Below, one piece after another: positions 1 to 10,700 of a DNA stretch of 64,000 bases. Below the pieces are notes generated by a model. The model was not told where the DNA came from. It did no database searches and was given only the letters and a program-made list of their open reading frames with translations. Position 1 is the first letter of the stretch, and each line of letters starts with the position of its first letter. Made by a program: the position numbers and the translations under genes. The DNA is from Prasinococcaceae sp. CCMP 1430. Taxonomy: Eukaryota; Plantae; Prasinodermophyta. The stretch spans positions 75,042 to 139,041 of the forward strand of contig RQSC01000012.1 of assembly GCA_013416795.1 (NCBI GenBank), written 5' to 3'.

Positions 1-63
1 GCACGCAAACCAGAGGCCGCGCGATGACGGCAATGTAATATGATTAGGTGCAAGGGAGGCTGA

Positions 64-2152
64 TCACGCCGTCCGCCCGGCGGCGGCCCTGGCCGAAGGC
101 GTGCGCGCGCGCGCGCTTCGCCGCGTGACGGAGGCCGGCGTGGCGCATCCCGGGTCGCCGCGCACGAGCGGCGCGCCACCGCCCTTGAAGTACGTGGTGT
201 ACCGCGCTTCGTAGTCGTCGCCTTGCAGCACCTCCCAGTGCGGGGCGAGCGTGCGTGAGAGCTCCCACAACAGCTTGGCCGTGTGCGTGTTCTTGCGCAG
301 GCGCAGGCCCTTGGGCACGCCGCTTGACGCGGGCTCGGCCTCGCCGTCGAGCATCGCGCCCACGCAGGCGGCGAAGCATTCGGAGGTCACCTCGGTGTTG
401 TACCCGCCCTCCAACGCCAGCACGAGCTTGCCTCGCGCCAGAGACATGAAGCGCCGCGTCATGGCGGCATACCCTGCGGGCGTGAGCTCACAGCCGCCGA
501 GCGGATCGCCCGCCGCCGCGTCGAAGCCAGCAGCGAGGATCACCAGGTCGGGATCGAACGACTGCGCCACGGGCAGTACCACCAAGTCCAGCGCGGCGAT
601 GTAGTCCACGTCGTGCATGCCAGCCCGGTCCCAGGGCACGTTGAGGTTGAAACCCGCTCCTGCACCTTTGCCCGTCTCCTCGGCTGCGCCGGTGCCCGGA
701 TAAAACCCATCGCCGTACCTGCATGTGCGCGTGTGGGCGCGTCAGCGTGCGCTCGTGCATCATGCGGACCATCGCGTTGGCGGCTGGCTGAATGGCTTGC
801 GACCCGCCCGCGGGCGAGTGCGGGTCAACATACCTGTGCAGGCTGACATACATCACGTCCGCGGACTCGTACAGGATATTTTGGATGCCGTTCCCGTGGT
901 GCACGTCCCAGTCGACGATGAGAACGCGCCTTGCCAGGCCCTCGGCGATGGCTGCGCGCGCGGCAATGGCCGTGTTGTTGTAGTAGCAGAAGCCCATCGC
1001 GCGCGCGCACTCTGCGTGGTGGCCCGGCGGCCGCACCACCGCTGCCGCTGACCGCAGCTCGCGGCGGCACACGCGCAACGCGCACTCCGTGACGCTGCCC
1101 GCTGCCATTCGTGCCGCTGTATCTGTGTGCGCGTTGAAGAACGTGTCCACCATGTCGCTGTAAAATCGCAGGCCATTCACGGGGCCATAGTCGTATCGTG
1201 CCTTGGATGCCACCAAGCAGAAGTCGTCCTCGTCCTCGCTGCTGCTACTGCTGCTGCTGCTGGTTGCGCCGCCGCCGCCGCTCGTGCCACTACCACCGCT
1301 CCTACTCCCAACGCTTTCCGCCGGGCCGTCTGCGCGCTCGCGCCCACGCACACGCACACGCAGGTGCGCGGCGAGTCAGGAGTCAGCGCCGGCGCGCACG
1401 AGCAGGCACCGGCAGCGCAGCGCGGCAACGGCCTTCGCCCCTGACGCACCATCCTTGTCCTCGGGCCCATGCTTGTCGTCCATGTCGGCGTACCACCCGC
1501 CGACCTTCTCGAGATGCTCCGCCGAGTGGCACAGCAGCAGCTCGGCGTCGGTCGCCACCCGCGCCGACACGTGCGCCATGCGCCCGGACAGGCCATCTTC
1601 TGCAAGCCGTGTCGCGAGCGCTGACAGGCGCGCGGGTCGCTCCGGATGACGCCTCCCGCCCTCGTGCATTTCCATCCCCGTGTCGTACGCCAGCCCAACG
1701 TCGCTCGGCGGCGGCGGCGGCGTGCACACTGCCTCGCCTTCACACGGTGAGGCGGCGCGGGCGCGCGCGTCCGACTCGGGCGTATCCTCGAGCGCTGCCA
1801 GGAGGTTCCCAAGCGCGAACGCGCTCCCCGGCGTCTCGGGCGTGTACGGGGTGGCCGCCTCTGTGCCCGCAACTGAGGGCGTCGCCGCTGCAGAGGCTGG
1901 CGGCGTCTTCAGCACGCTGCTGGCGCTCCCGGCCGGGCTCTTCTCGCCGTCAGACAAAGCGGCGTGCGCGCGACCCGCCGGCGTCGGCGCCGGCGGCAGC
2001 GGCACCCATGTGCCCTCCTCGATCGCTGCGCCGCCGCCTCCATCGCGCGCCGCGCCCGCGCAGCGCGGAGCGTCCGCGACCGGCGCGCGGGCGGAAGGCC
2101 TGTGGCACGCGCCGCGACCCTTCACCCCCCCCCTAGACACCCGCCGCCGCAT
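64..2152 (-). CDS. Class II (HDA1/HDAC6-like) histone deacetylase; 3 exons (~2152-1450, 1329-834, 718-64); start uncertain
   Basis: Motifs HPERPARL, RPPGHHA..AMGFCYYNN, IVDWDVHHGNGIQ, YVSLHR|YGDGFYPGTG, AAGFDAAAGDPLGG, LEGGYN. GT-AG introns 1449-1330 and 833-719 restore the frame. Confidence 0.92.
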
Positions 2153-2800
2153 ACCCTCCCCTGCTGCGCTGCTGCAGCACCCGCCCCTGCCACCCGCGCT
2201 TCCCCCCCAAAGACGAACCCTTCACACACATCATAACCCCAATACCTAAACTGCACGCTCCCCAATTCTCATGCGAACCCTTCGAAAGGAGTTATTTCCG
2301 CCGAATGCCTCGAAAAGGAGGTGTGATAATGCGTGTGTAGCGCGGAAAACCAATTCTTGCGGTGATGAAAATACAGCCCCAGCTCCAGAGTGTGTTTATC
2401 CTGAACGAGCGGCTGCGGCGCGCCGCCGTGGCGCGTGGCGCTGTGGCGCGCGCTTTATGCCGCGGACGCGTACGTGGCCCCGCTCGTGCGCGCGCTGAGG
2501 CCCGCGAGGAGGCTCGCCAGGAGGGTCGCCAGGAGGCTCGGCACAGGCGCGGGAGGTGCGTGCGCGCGCGTCAGCGTTGTATCTGTGCACATGTACGTAT
2601 TTGTGTGCGCGTGTGTGCGTGTGCGATCGAAAGTAGTCGCTGACACTTGTGCGCACGCGCGCGCGCGCGCGTACACAGCGCATGTCAACCGCCGGCCTCG
2701 ACGGCTACGCGGGCGGGCCGGCCGGCGCGCCGCGCGCGAGGATGGGGAGGCGGAGGCCGACACATCGCCGCCCGCGTCAGCAGGCGCTGCTTCGGCGGCG

Positions 2801-3619
2801 ATGGCAGCGGAGCACACTGATCGCACAGAGCACACCAACGCGGAGGCCGACCCGCGTGCGGCGCCTGAGGTGCGTGCGCACGTTTATGCGCGGGCACGCG
2901 CGCACACGCGCGCACGTGCACGCGCATCCGTGCACTGATGCCAACACTGACACACACACACGCGTGTGCGCGCTTGCAGGGTGCGGATACTCCAAGCGCA
3001 TCCGTGCGCTCGGTGCCAGCGCTTCTGCCTTCGTCCTCGGAGGACTCGGTGCCAGCGCTTCTGCCTTCGTCCTCGGAGGACTCGGTGCCAGCGCTTCTGC
3101 CTTCGTCCTCGGAGGACTTCGCCGACGCGTTAGAGGGGGACGACTATGACGACTATGGCTCGTCGGGCGACTACTGCTCGAGCTCCGGGGGAGAGGGGTG
3201 CGGCTGCGCGCCACGCGTGCGCACACAGGTGCACGCGCACGCGCATACGCACACACCAACGCTGACGCACATGCGCACACCCACGCGCATGTATGCACAC
3301 ATACACACGCGCACGCACGCGTGCGCGCGCCCGCGCACGCATGCGCATACGCATGCCCTCGTGCCCGATGCGTGACAGTGGGATGGAGCTCGGTGGCGCT
3401 GGCGTGGGCGCGGCTGCGGTGGGAGATGTCGAGGCGGACGGCGAGCTGTGCTGCGTGTGCCTGCGTCGCCCGCGCGACGCGCTCTTTGCGAGCTGCGGCC
3501 ACCGCGCGTGCTGCGTGCACTGCGCGCGGCGCGTGGCCGCGAGTGCACGCGCGGAGTGCCCCATCTGCCGCACGCCGCTGGTCTCCAACTCGCAGCCCGT
3601 TATACGCATCTACGGGTGA
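2801..3619 (+). CDS. C-terminal C3HC4 RING-finger protein (putative E3 ligase); about 3 exons; start uncertain
   Basis: [26 protein letters not shown]...CPICR..VIRIYG*; GT-AG introns near 2870-2979 and 3197-3378. Confidence 0.8.
3010..3117 (+). repeat. 3 x 36-bp perfect tandem repeat encoding [12 protein letters not shown]
   Basis: ctcggtgccagcgcttctgccttcgtcctcggagga occurs three times in exon 2 of the RING gene. Confidence 0.95.
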
Positions 3620-3832
3620 GGCGTGGGTCCAAACACACACGCAAACGCACGCACACGCACACATACACATACACGCACGTGAGGTAAGTCTCCTGTGAAT
3701 ATCAAACGCTTGAGCCCTTGCAAGAGTGGCGTCGAAGCGCTCGCAGGGATGATCGACTCCAAGAGTGTCATCAAGCTAGCGCGCGAAGCCTTCGCACGCG
3801 CGCGCGCGTGCGTGCGTGTGCTGGTGCGTTCT

Positions 3833-5044
3833 CTACGTGGTGGCGAGTTCGGCCTGAGACGCCGCGTACGCCGCGGCCTCCGCCTTCGCGCGCGCCACCT
3901 CCCTGCGCCCGAGCTCGAGCGCCCCTAGGCACGCGTCGCTGCCCGGTGGCACGCAGGTGCATGTCGCCGCATCGTCGGAGTACGCGCGCGCGTCCGCCCA
4001 GCCGGCACCGTCGGCCTCTTCGCCTGGGCACCTGGTGAAATCGCGCGGAAGGATTAGCAAACAGCGAGCTCGCACACACAAGGACACACTCGCACGCACG
4101 TGCACGCACCTGAAGCCCAACTGGGCGGGGCAGCGCTGAGTGACGGCGTGGCAAGTGCCGCGGCACGGCCGCACGAGGTGCTCATCCCCGCGCCAGATAC
4201 CGCCGGGCGCGGGCGCAGCGCCAGCGGTGGCGGCGGCCGTGCAGCGGGGGAACATCTCGGCGCACAGCCACGCCTTGGACGCGCGTACAATGCGCACACG
4301 CAGGCACATTGTACATACGGGGCGTCCGTGTCAGCGCCGTGACGTACAGTAGACTATGCATCTGATCAACAAATGGTAGCTCACGGATAGGTAGGTGCAT
4401 ACCAGGACCACACACACACGCACACACTGTTAGGCGCACGTCCAACGGCGCCAAGCGTGGCCATCAGGGCGTGTGCGTATGCGCACGCTTGCGAGCGGGC
4501 ATGCGTGTGCGTGTGCGCGGGTTGGCGCGGGGAAGGGACGTGTGTGTGTCCCACCATCGCCATGGGCTACCTTGTACGCCCCCTCGCAGTCTTCGCACGT
4601 GAAGGTCTTGCGATCGGCGCAGGGAAAGGCGGCAAGCGCCAGCTGCAGCTGCCGCATCGCGCACGCTGCGTAGGCGTCCTCGCGCGCTCCTGGGACCGCC
4701 TGGCCCGCGCCCACGCGCGCGGGGTAGTCGACGAAGCCTGAGTGGCAGAAGTGCCCGTCCTCCTGCGGCAGCGACACGCGCGCGCACGTGAGGTCGAGCT
4801 CGGGAGGGCACACTTCCTCGGGGTTGGCATGTGTGTGTGTGTGTGCATGTGTTTCGTTCGCAGGCGGGACGAGGCTGCAGGCGGACGTGCCCGCGGGCGC
4901 GAGGTGCGCGCACGCGTGCAGGTGTGCGTGTGCGAGCGCGCGTCGCGCGAGGCCCGCGGCGCACGCGAGTGCGAACACGAGCGCCGCCGCCGCGCGCGCG
5001 GCATGCGGCCTCCGTGGCGTGGACCGCCAGTGATAACAACGCAT
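3833..5044 (-). CDS. Secreted Cys-rich protein of the Mid1/NALF (FAM155) family; exons 5044-4571, 4273-4110, 4031-3833
   Basis: Hydrophobic N-terminal signal (AAAALVFALACAAGLA). Spliced product reads LAAFPC..TFTCEDCEGAYK|AWLCAEMFPRC...RPCRGTCHAVTQRCPAQLGFR|CP, matching the Mid1 C-terminal cysteine-rich pattern. Confidence 0.72.
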
Positions 5045-5278
5045 CGAAGGTGCGCGAGCGTGTGTGCGTGCGCGTGCGTGCGTGTGTGCGCGTGTGGTTG
5101 CGTGGTCGGCCGCGTGGCGCGCGCTCTCCCGCGCACACCGGCGGCGCCCTGCGTCGCCCGCGTGCCGTGTAGCGCTTCACTCCTCACCACCCTCCCATCC
5201 TCCCTTCGTTCTCGTCCCGTCCACCGCCCGCTCCACCTCACTCACCCCTCGCGCGCACGCGACCGCGCGTGTGCGTGC

Positions 5279-5312
<34 letters not shown>

Positions 5313-5448
5313 ACGCCAGCATGCCCCTTCGCTCCCTCCCACCCCTTCGTGCAATGAACCCAAACTGGTAGGGTCTGTTTTGAGCTAGATGTGCTGTACG
5401 TACGATAGGTCAAAATACATTATTTTGAGCCCGTCTTCGCCAATGTGA

Positions 5449-5474
5449 GGTTTGGGTTATGGCGCGAACCCTAA
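5449..5474. promoter_or_regulatory. Telo-box-like motifs in the divergent promoter between the Mid1-like and PKA-R genes
   Basis: ggtttgggtta and aaccctaa in an AT-richer island between head-to-head genes. Confidence 0.45.
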
Positions 5475-5664
5475 TGCGCATGCGCGGGGGGGAGCGAAGG
5501 GGCACGGCGTGCGCGCGCGGGCGCCAGCGGGCACCGGCGGTCATCGGGGGCGATGGGGACGGAGGGAGGGAGGAAGGGAGGGAGGGAGTAGTGCCGAGGC
5601 GTCACAGAGCGTGCGTCGCCGGGCGGCGCCGCTGTCACAGCGCGCGCGCGCGCGTGCCATCTTC

Positions 5665-7272
5665 ATGGGCTGCAACGAGTCCAAGGTGCGCGCGCGCGCG
5701 GTCGCGCGCTTGTCGGGTCCCGCGGCGGCGCGCGCGGACGCGGTGACGCGCCGGGCGCAGACGGGGCGCGCGACTGACGCGCCCATTCCCGCGCCTGTCA
5801 GCACGCGGAACAGGTAGTAGCGCCTGCGCAGGTGTCGCAAGCGAGTGGGGGCAGCAACAAGTGCAACATGGCCACAGGCGAGCTGAAGCTGCTGCAGGTG
5901 CGCTCGGCGCAGCACGCGTCAGCGCTCTGTCGCTGTTCGCGCTAGCGTGCCGCGGCGGGCTCGCCCCTTGCGGTCGCTTATGTATGCCAACTGCGGCGCA
6001 CAAAGTGTGACGCCCCCTAGATATCCCCTGCGCGCAAGCGCCGTGCGTGCAGACACCACTGCCGGCCCTAGCACGTAGCGCCTGCAGCGCAGGCCGCTGA
6101 CTGGCTCCGTCGCCGTCGCGCTGTTGCGATGCGCGTCGTGCAGACCGAATTCAAGTGGGATGTCGAGGAGGACCGGGCCGAGGACAGACCCGAGCCCGCG
6201 CCGCAGCGTAGCTTTTCGCAGACTCGCGCGCAGCGCCAGTCGGTGAGCCCCCGAATGCTTCTCCGACCAGCTCGCGACGTACAAGAAGAAGGAAACCATG
6301 CCGAAAACCGCCGCCGCCGCCGACTTCCTGCGCAACGCTCTGAAGAAGATCGTGCTCTTTGCGGGCATCGACGACGATCAGACGGCTGAGGTGGTAGACG
6401 CGTGTGAGCAGGTCAGCGCTAAAGGGGGCGAGGTGATCATCAGGCAGGGGGACACGGTCGCGGACTACTTTTACATCCTCGAGGAGGGCACGGCGGAGGC
6501 GTCCATTGAAGGCAAGGGCGTGGTGAAGACGTACAGCGGCAGCGGCGACTCCTTCGGGGAGCTCGCGCTCATGTACTCTGCGCCGCGCGCGGCGACGGTC
6601 AAGGCTACGAGTGACTGCCGCATGTGGCGCCTAGATCGCTCCACCTTTCAACTGATCGTGATCGCCTCGACCCGACTCAAGCGCGACAAGTACGAGACAT
6701 TCCTGCGATCCGTGCCGTTGCTGCAGGTGCTCGACTGGGAGGAGATTGCAGCTTTGGCCGACGTTCTCGAGCCTACCAAGTACGATGTGGGCGCCGTCAT
6801 CATCAAGGAGGGCGACACTGGCGGTCAGTTGGCCAGCGAGGCGCGCCTGCGCACTCGTATGGGCGCGTGTGGGTGCTGGCGCGGCCGTGCCTACATCCAC
6901 CGCATGGCCTGACCCTCCGACGCTCGGAACATCCCACGCATGCGCGCACCCCGTCCTCATCCCCCTCCCACTCCTCTCCGCACCTCAGACACATTCTTTA
7001 TCGTCGAGGAGGGTACGGTGATCGCCACGACGGCATCAGGCGAGTCGACCTCCTTCGAGAAGGCGTCTTACTTTGGCGAGCTTGCGCTGCTCACAAGCGA
7101 GCCCCGCAAGGCTACGTGCGTTGCCGCAACACAGTGCAAGCTCATCACGATCGACGTCACCTCGTTTGGCCGCCTGCTTGGCAAGGCCGACGAGATCCTC
7201 TGTCGCAACGCCGAGAAGTACAGGATCTTCCTCGAAAAAGGCGCCGCGGCAGTCTTCACGGCGGAGGCGTAG
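5665..7272 (+). CDS. cAMP-dependent protein kinase regulatory subunit (two cNMP-binding domains); exons 5665-5685, possible 5802-5813, 6144-6823 (frame break at ~6250), 6989-7272
   Basis: N-terminus MGCNESK; inhibitor-like QRQSVS; phosphate-binding cassettes SFGELALMYSAPRAATV and YFGELALLTSEPRKATC; intron 6824-6988 gives GDTG|DTFFIVEEG. Confidence 0.9.
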
Positions 7273-7762
7273 GCAGGCTGCGGCGTGCTGGCTCTCTCAC
7301 ACAGTTGTACACAAATTTATCATGGATGCACGAGACGCTCGCCGGCGCAGGCCGGCGCTACCGCGAGTGCGCACGCACGCAGCCGCGGGGGCGCCGCACT
7401 TGCAGCCGGACTCGCCCGCCCTTCGGTGCCACACACTTCCACACTTCCACTCCGCGCCCGCACGTGCGCGCGCGCACGCGGGTAGCGCATGCGGGGGGGG
7501 GGGAGGGGGTGGAACAAGTCCACTGGCGCATGGCGCACGCACGCGAGCGCGCGCGCCGAGACCGGCCGGTGCACCAGCAGAAAAGTAACGGTCGATACTT
7601 TGATGGCGTTTTCGCATGCCGGCGCCGCGCGCATGCGAACGCGCCATCACACGGCGCCGGCGGCAGCGTACGCGCCACACAGCGCCCACGTCGCGCGCGC
7701 CTCGCCCTCTCCCTCCGCCGTCCTCCTCGCGCGCTCCACCCACGCGCGCGCAGCCGCTCACG

Positions 7763-10700
7763 ATGTACAAGGTCCTCAAGGGCATCGACGCGGCGGGCGC
7801 CGCCGCGTTCGAGACCAACGCCGACGGCACCGCCAAGGACGCCGCGGCGTACCGCGAGGCCCTCAGGGCGGACGCCGCACGCATGGCCGTCATCAGGGTG
7901 CGCGCGCGCGCGCTGCGCGCCCGCGCGCCCGCATCGCGCTCGGACGCCGCCCAGAGCATCGAGAGAACGACGGCGCAGGCGGCGGCGATGGCGGCGGCGG
8001 CGCTGCCACCGGCGAGGCGGGCAGCAAGAGATCGAAGGCAGGCGACGCGGCGGCAGCGGGCCGCGCTCCGGTGGACTACGCCACGCGGCAGGAGCGCCGC
8101 CACCAGAAGGTCGACTCGGACGGGGACTGGGCGGACGGCTTCATCATCTGCGATGCGAGGCCAGGGGCCCGCTGACGCGGCCGCGCCGCAACGACCAGCG
8201 GCGGCGCGCGCGGACGGAGCACCGATTGCGCGTCGCAGCCGAGCGCGTGTGCCATCCTCGGCGCGCCTGATTCTGTGCGCGACCTCGCCCGTGTGGTACA
8301 ACGACGTTTACACGCATGCGCACGCGAGCGCGCACGCTACACACGAGCGTTCACCAGCTCGCGCCTCTTCGCCTACCTCCACAGCCTCTGGACGGGATCG
8401 CCGGCGATGCTGTGCCACGCCCGCCCCCAGCGGCCGCGCACGTACTCGTCCAAGGTGACCCCGTAGCGCCTCGCACGCGAGCACAGTGCTGCTGCCTGCG
8501 CCGCGGCGCGCCGCACCAGGGCCGGCAAGCAGCCCGCAGGCAAAAGGCGGTCAGCAGCCAGCGGCGCGGGCGCGCTGCAACAGCCTCGGCGCGCGACAGA
8601 GAGAGACGCACCTCGGCCTTCGCCCGGCGTTCCTCCATTCGCAGCTCTCGCAGCGCCACCGAATCCTCTGTCGAGTCGATGGCAGCACTGAGCTTGTCGA
8701 TCGACTCGCGCACGCCGGCGAGCCGCTCGGCCTTGGCCCGCACGTCCTCGCGCAGGAGCCGCACCAGGTCAGCGCCGTTGTGGGAGCCGCGAAATTCCTC
8801 CGCGACGCCGTCGCGATCGGCTCGCGCGCTCGCGAGAGAGCCGGCGCTGTCGTTGCCTCTGGCCTCGAGGGCTTGCACGCGCGCGTGCCTGGTCGCGAAC
8901 GCCTCCGCCGCGCGCGCAAGATCCTCGTCGAACGCGACGATGCCCTTCGTCGACGGTGTGTGCGCCAACGCATTCCCAGCAACGAACGCGGCGGCGCCGT
9001 CCGAAACGTCGCCCTTGACGCCTGCACCACCACCAGGCGCCCCCGCCGCGGGCGCGCGTGGGGATGTGGGCTCGAGCCACTCGGACCCGAGCTCCTCTGC
9101 CATCCTGCTCCGGCTGAGCTCGAAGTGCAGCGCGTGAGGAGGCGGCACGGTCGTCGAGGCGGCAGCCGCGCCGCGCCCGCCTCTCCGCTCGCGCGGGCCG
9201 GGCACGTACCCGTCCAATACCCAGCGCGGGAGCTCGCCGGGGGCGCGACCGAAGACGTCCGCCATGAGCCCGTCCCACACGTACGCGGCCATGCGCCCGA
9301 CGCGCAGGCCCCCCGACGTCGCCGGCGACGCAACCTCGTATGCCACGGCGGCGGCAGTGAAACCGCCGGCGGTGGCGAGCGGAACGCGCGCGAGCGCGAG
9401 CGCGGCGCCCGCGCCACTGGGGCCCGCCCAGCGGCGCACCGACTGATCGACGACAATCCAGCCTGAGATGAGGCCCTGTGCGCGGGCGCGCGGGCGGCAC
9501 GCTGAGAGAGTCAGCCAATGACGCGACTGTCGCGTTCCCAGGGCGGCCGTTCGCAGCAGCGGCGGGCGCGCGCGCCTGTGGCCCGGCGCGGCGCAAAGGC
9601 GCGGCGTCGCGGCGCACCCCGAAGGCGCCCGCCCCGCGCAGGAAGAAGTCCGCGCCACTGTCAGCGGCGACGGGCCTATCCGAGAACCACGCCGCGCGCG
9701 CGCCCTCGAGCGCCTCGCCGCCCCTCGCGGCGCACGCGCCGGCCACTGCAGCGGACGCAGCAGCAACCCCGCCCGCAGCGCGCCGCGCTGCTGGCGACCA
9801 GGCGGCCATCGTCCGTGCGCGGCGTCGGCCGCGCCGAGTCGCTCGAGCGCGCCTTTCGCGCCGGTCCCTCGACGTGGCACTTTGTGGCGGGTGGGATGGG
9901 GGAGGGTGGGGAGGGACGCGGGGCGCCGCGCGCGCGCGCAATGGCACCGGGCGTGAAAGACGCACATCCGCTGCGCGCTCCTGGGCGCGTGCGTCTTCAG
10001 GTCACCCGCATGCACGCGCCGTGGCCAGCAAGAGGGGCGCTCGTCATGATTGATTACTCCATGCGGCACGCGCGCATACTACCTGGGCACGGTGGTTGGT
10101 ATAGCGGCGGCGGCGGTGGCATCTGCGTCCTCCCACGCGGACGTGCACTCGGGCGGCGCCTGGAAGCCCAGGCACTCGTAGTCCTTCTGTGTGTCAGAAC
10201 TCGCGACACACGCCCATGCAACTGCGCGCATATGCGCCTGCGCGCCCGTGCGCTTGCGATTGCGCGCATGCGCTCGCGAGCACGCAGCGCGGGTGGACGC
10301 ACCCTGCGTAAGAAGATGCACGCCATCCGCATGATGGCTGGGTCTGCGATGAATTCCCTAGCGTAGTGCGACCGGAGGTAGGCGGCCACCCTGTGTGCAG
10401 CATCGCGCTCCCCCGTCACCGTGTCCACGTACTGACTTGGATTGTTGTCCGCTGGAACGAAGCGCGGCTTGTGCCCCTCCCCGCCGCACCACGGCCACCA
10501 CGCTTCGGAGGTGCTGTTTGAGGCATCATTGTGCGCGCGCGTCACGTGCGTGCTCCTGCGGCGCTGGCGCTCCAGCCAGCCGGTGGCGGCGGGCACAAAG
10601 CCGAGCGCACTCCGCGCCGCATTCGAGGTGCCAGGTGGCGCGATGAGCTCGTTCTTGGTCAGGGAGACCATGTCGTCCCAATCGCTGTCCCATGACTCCA

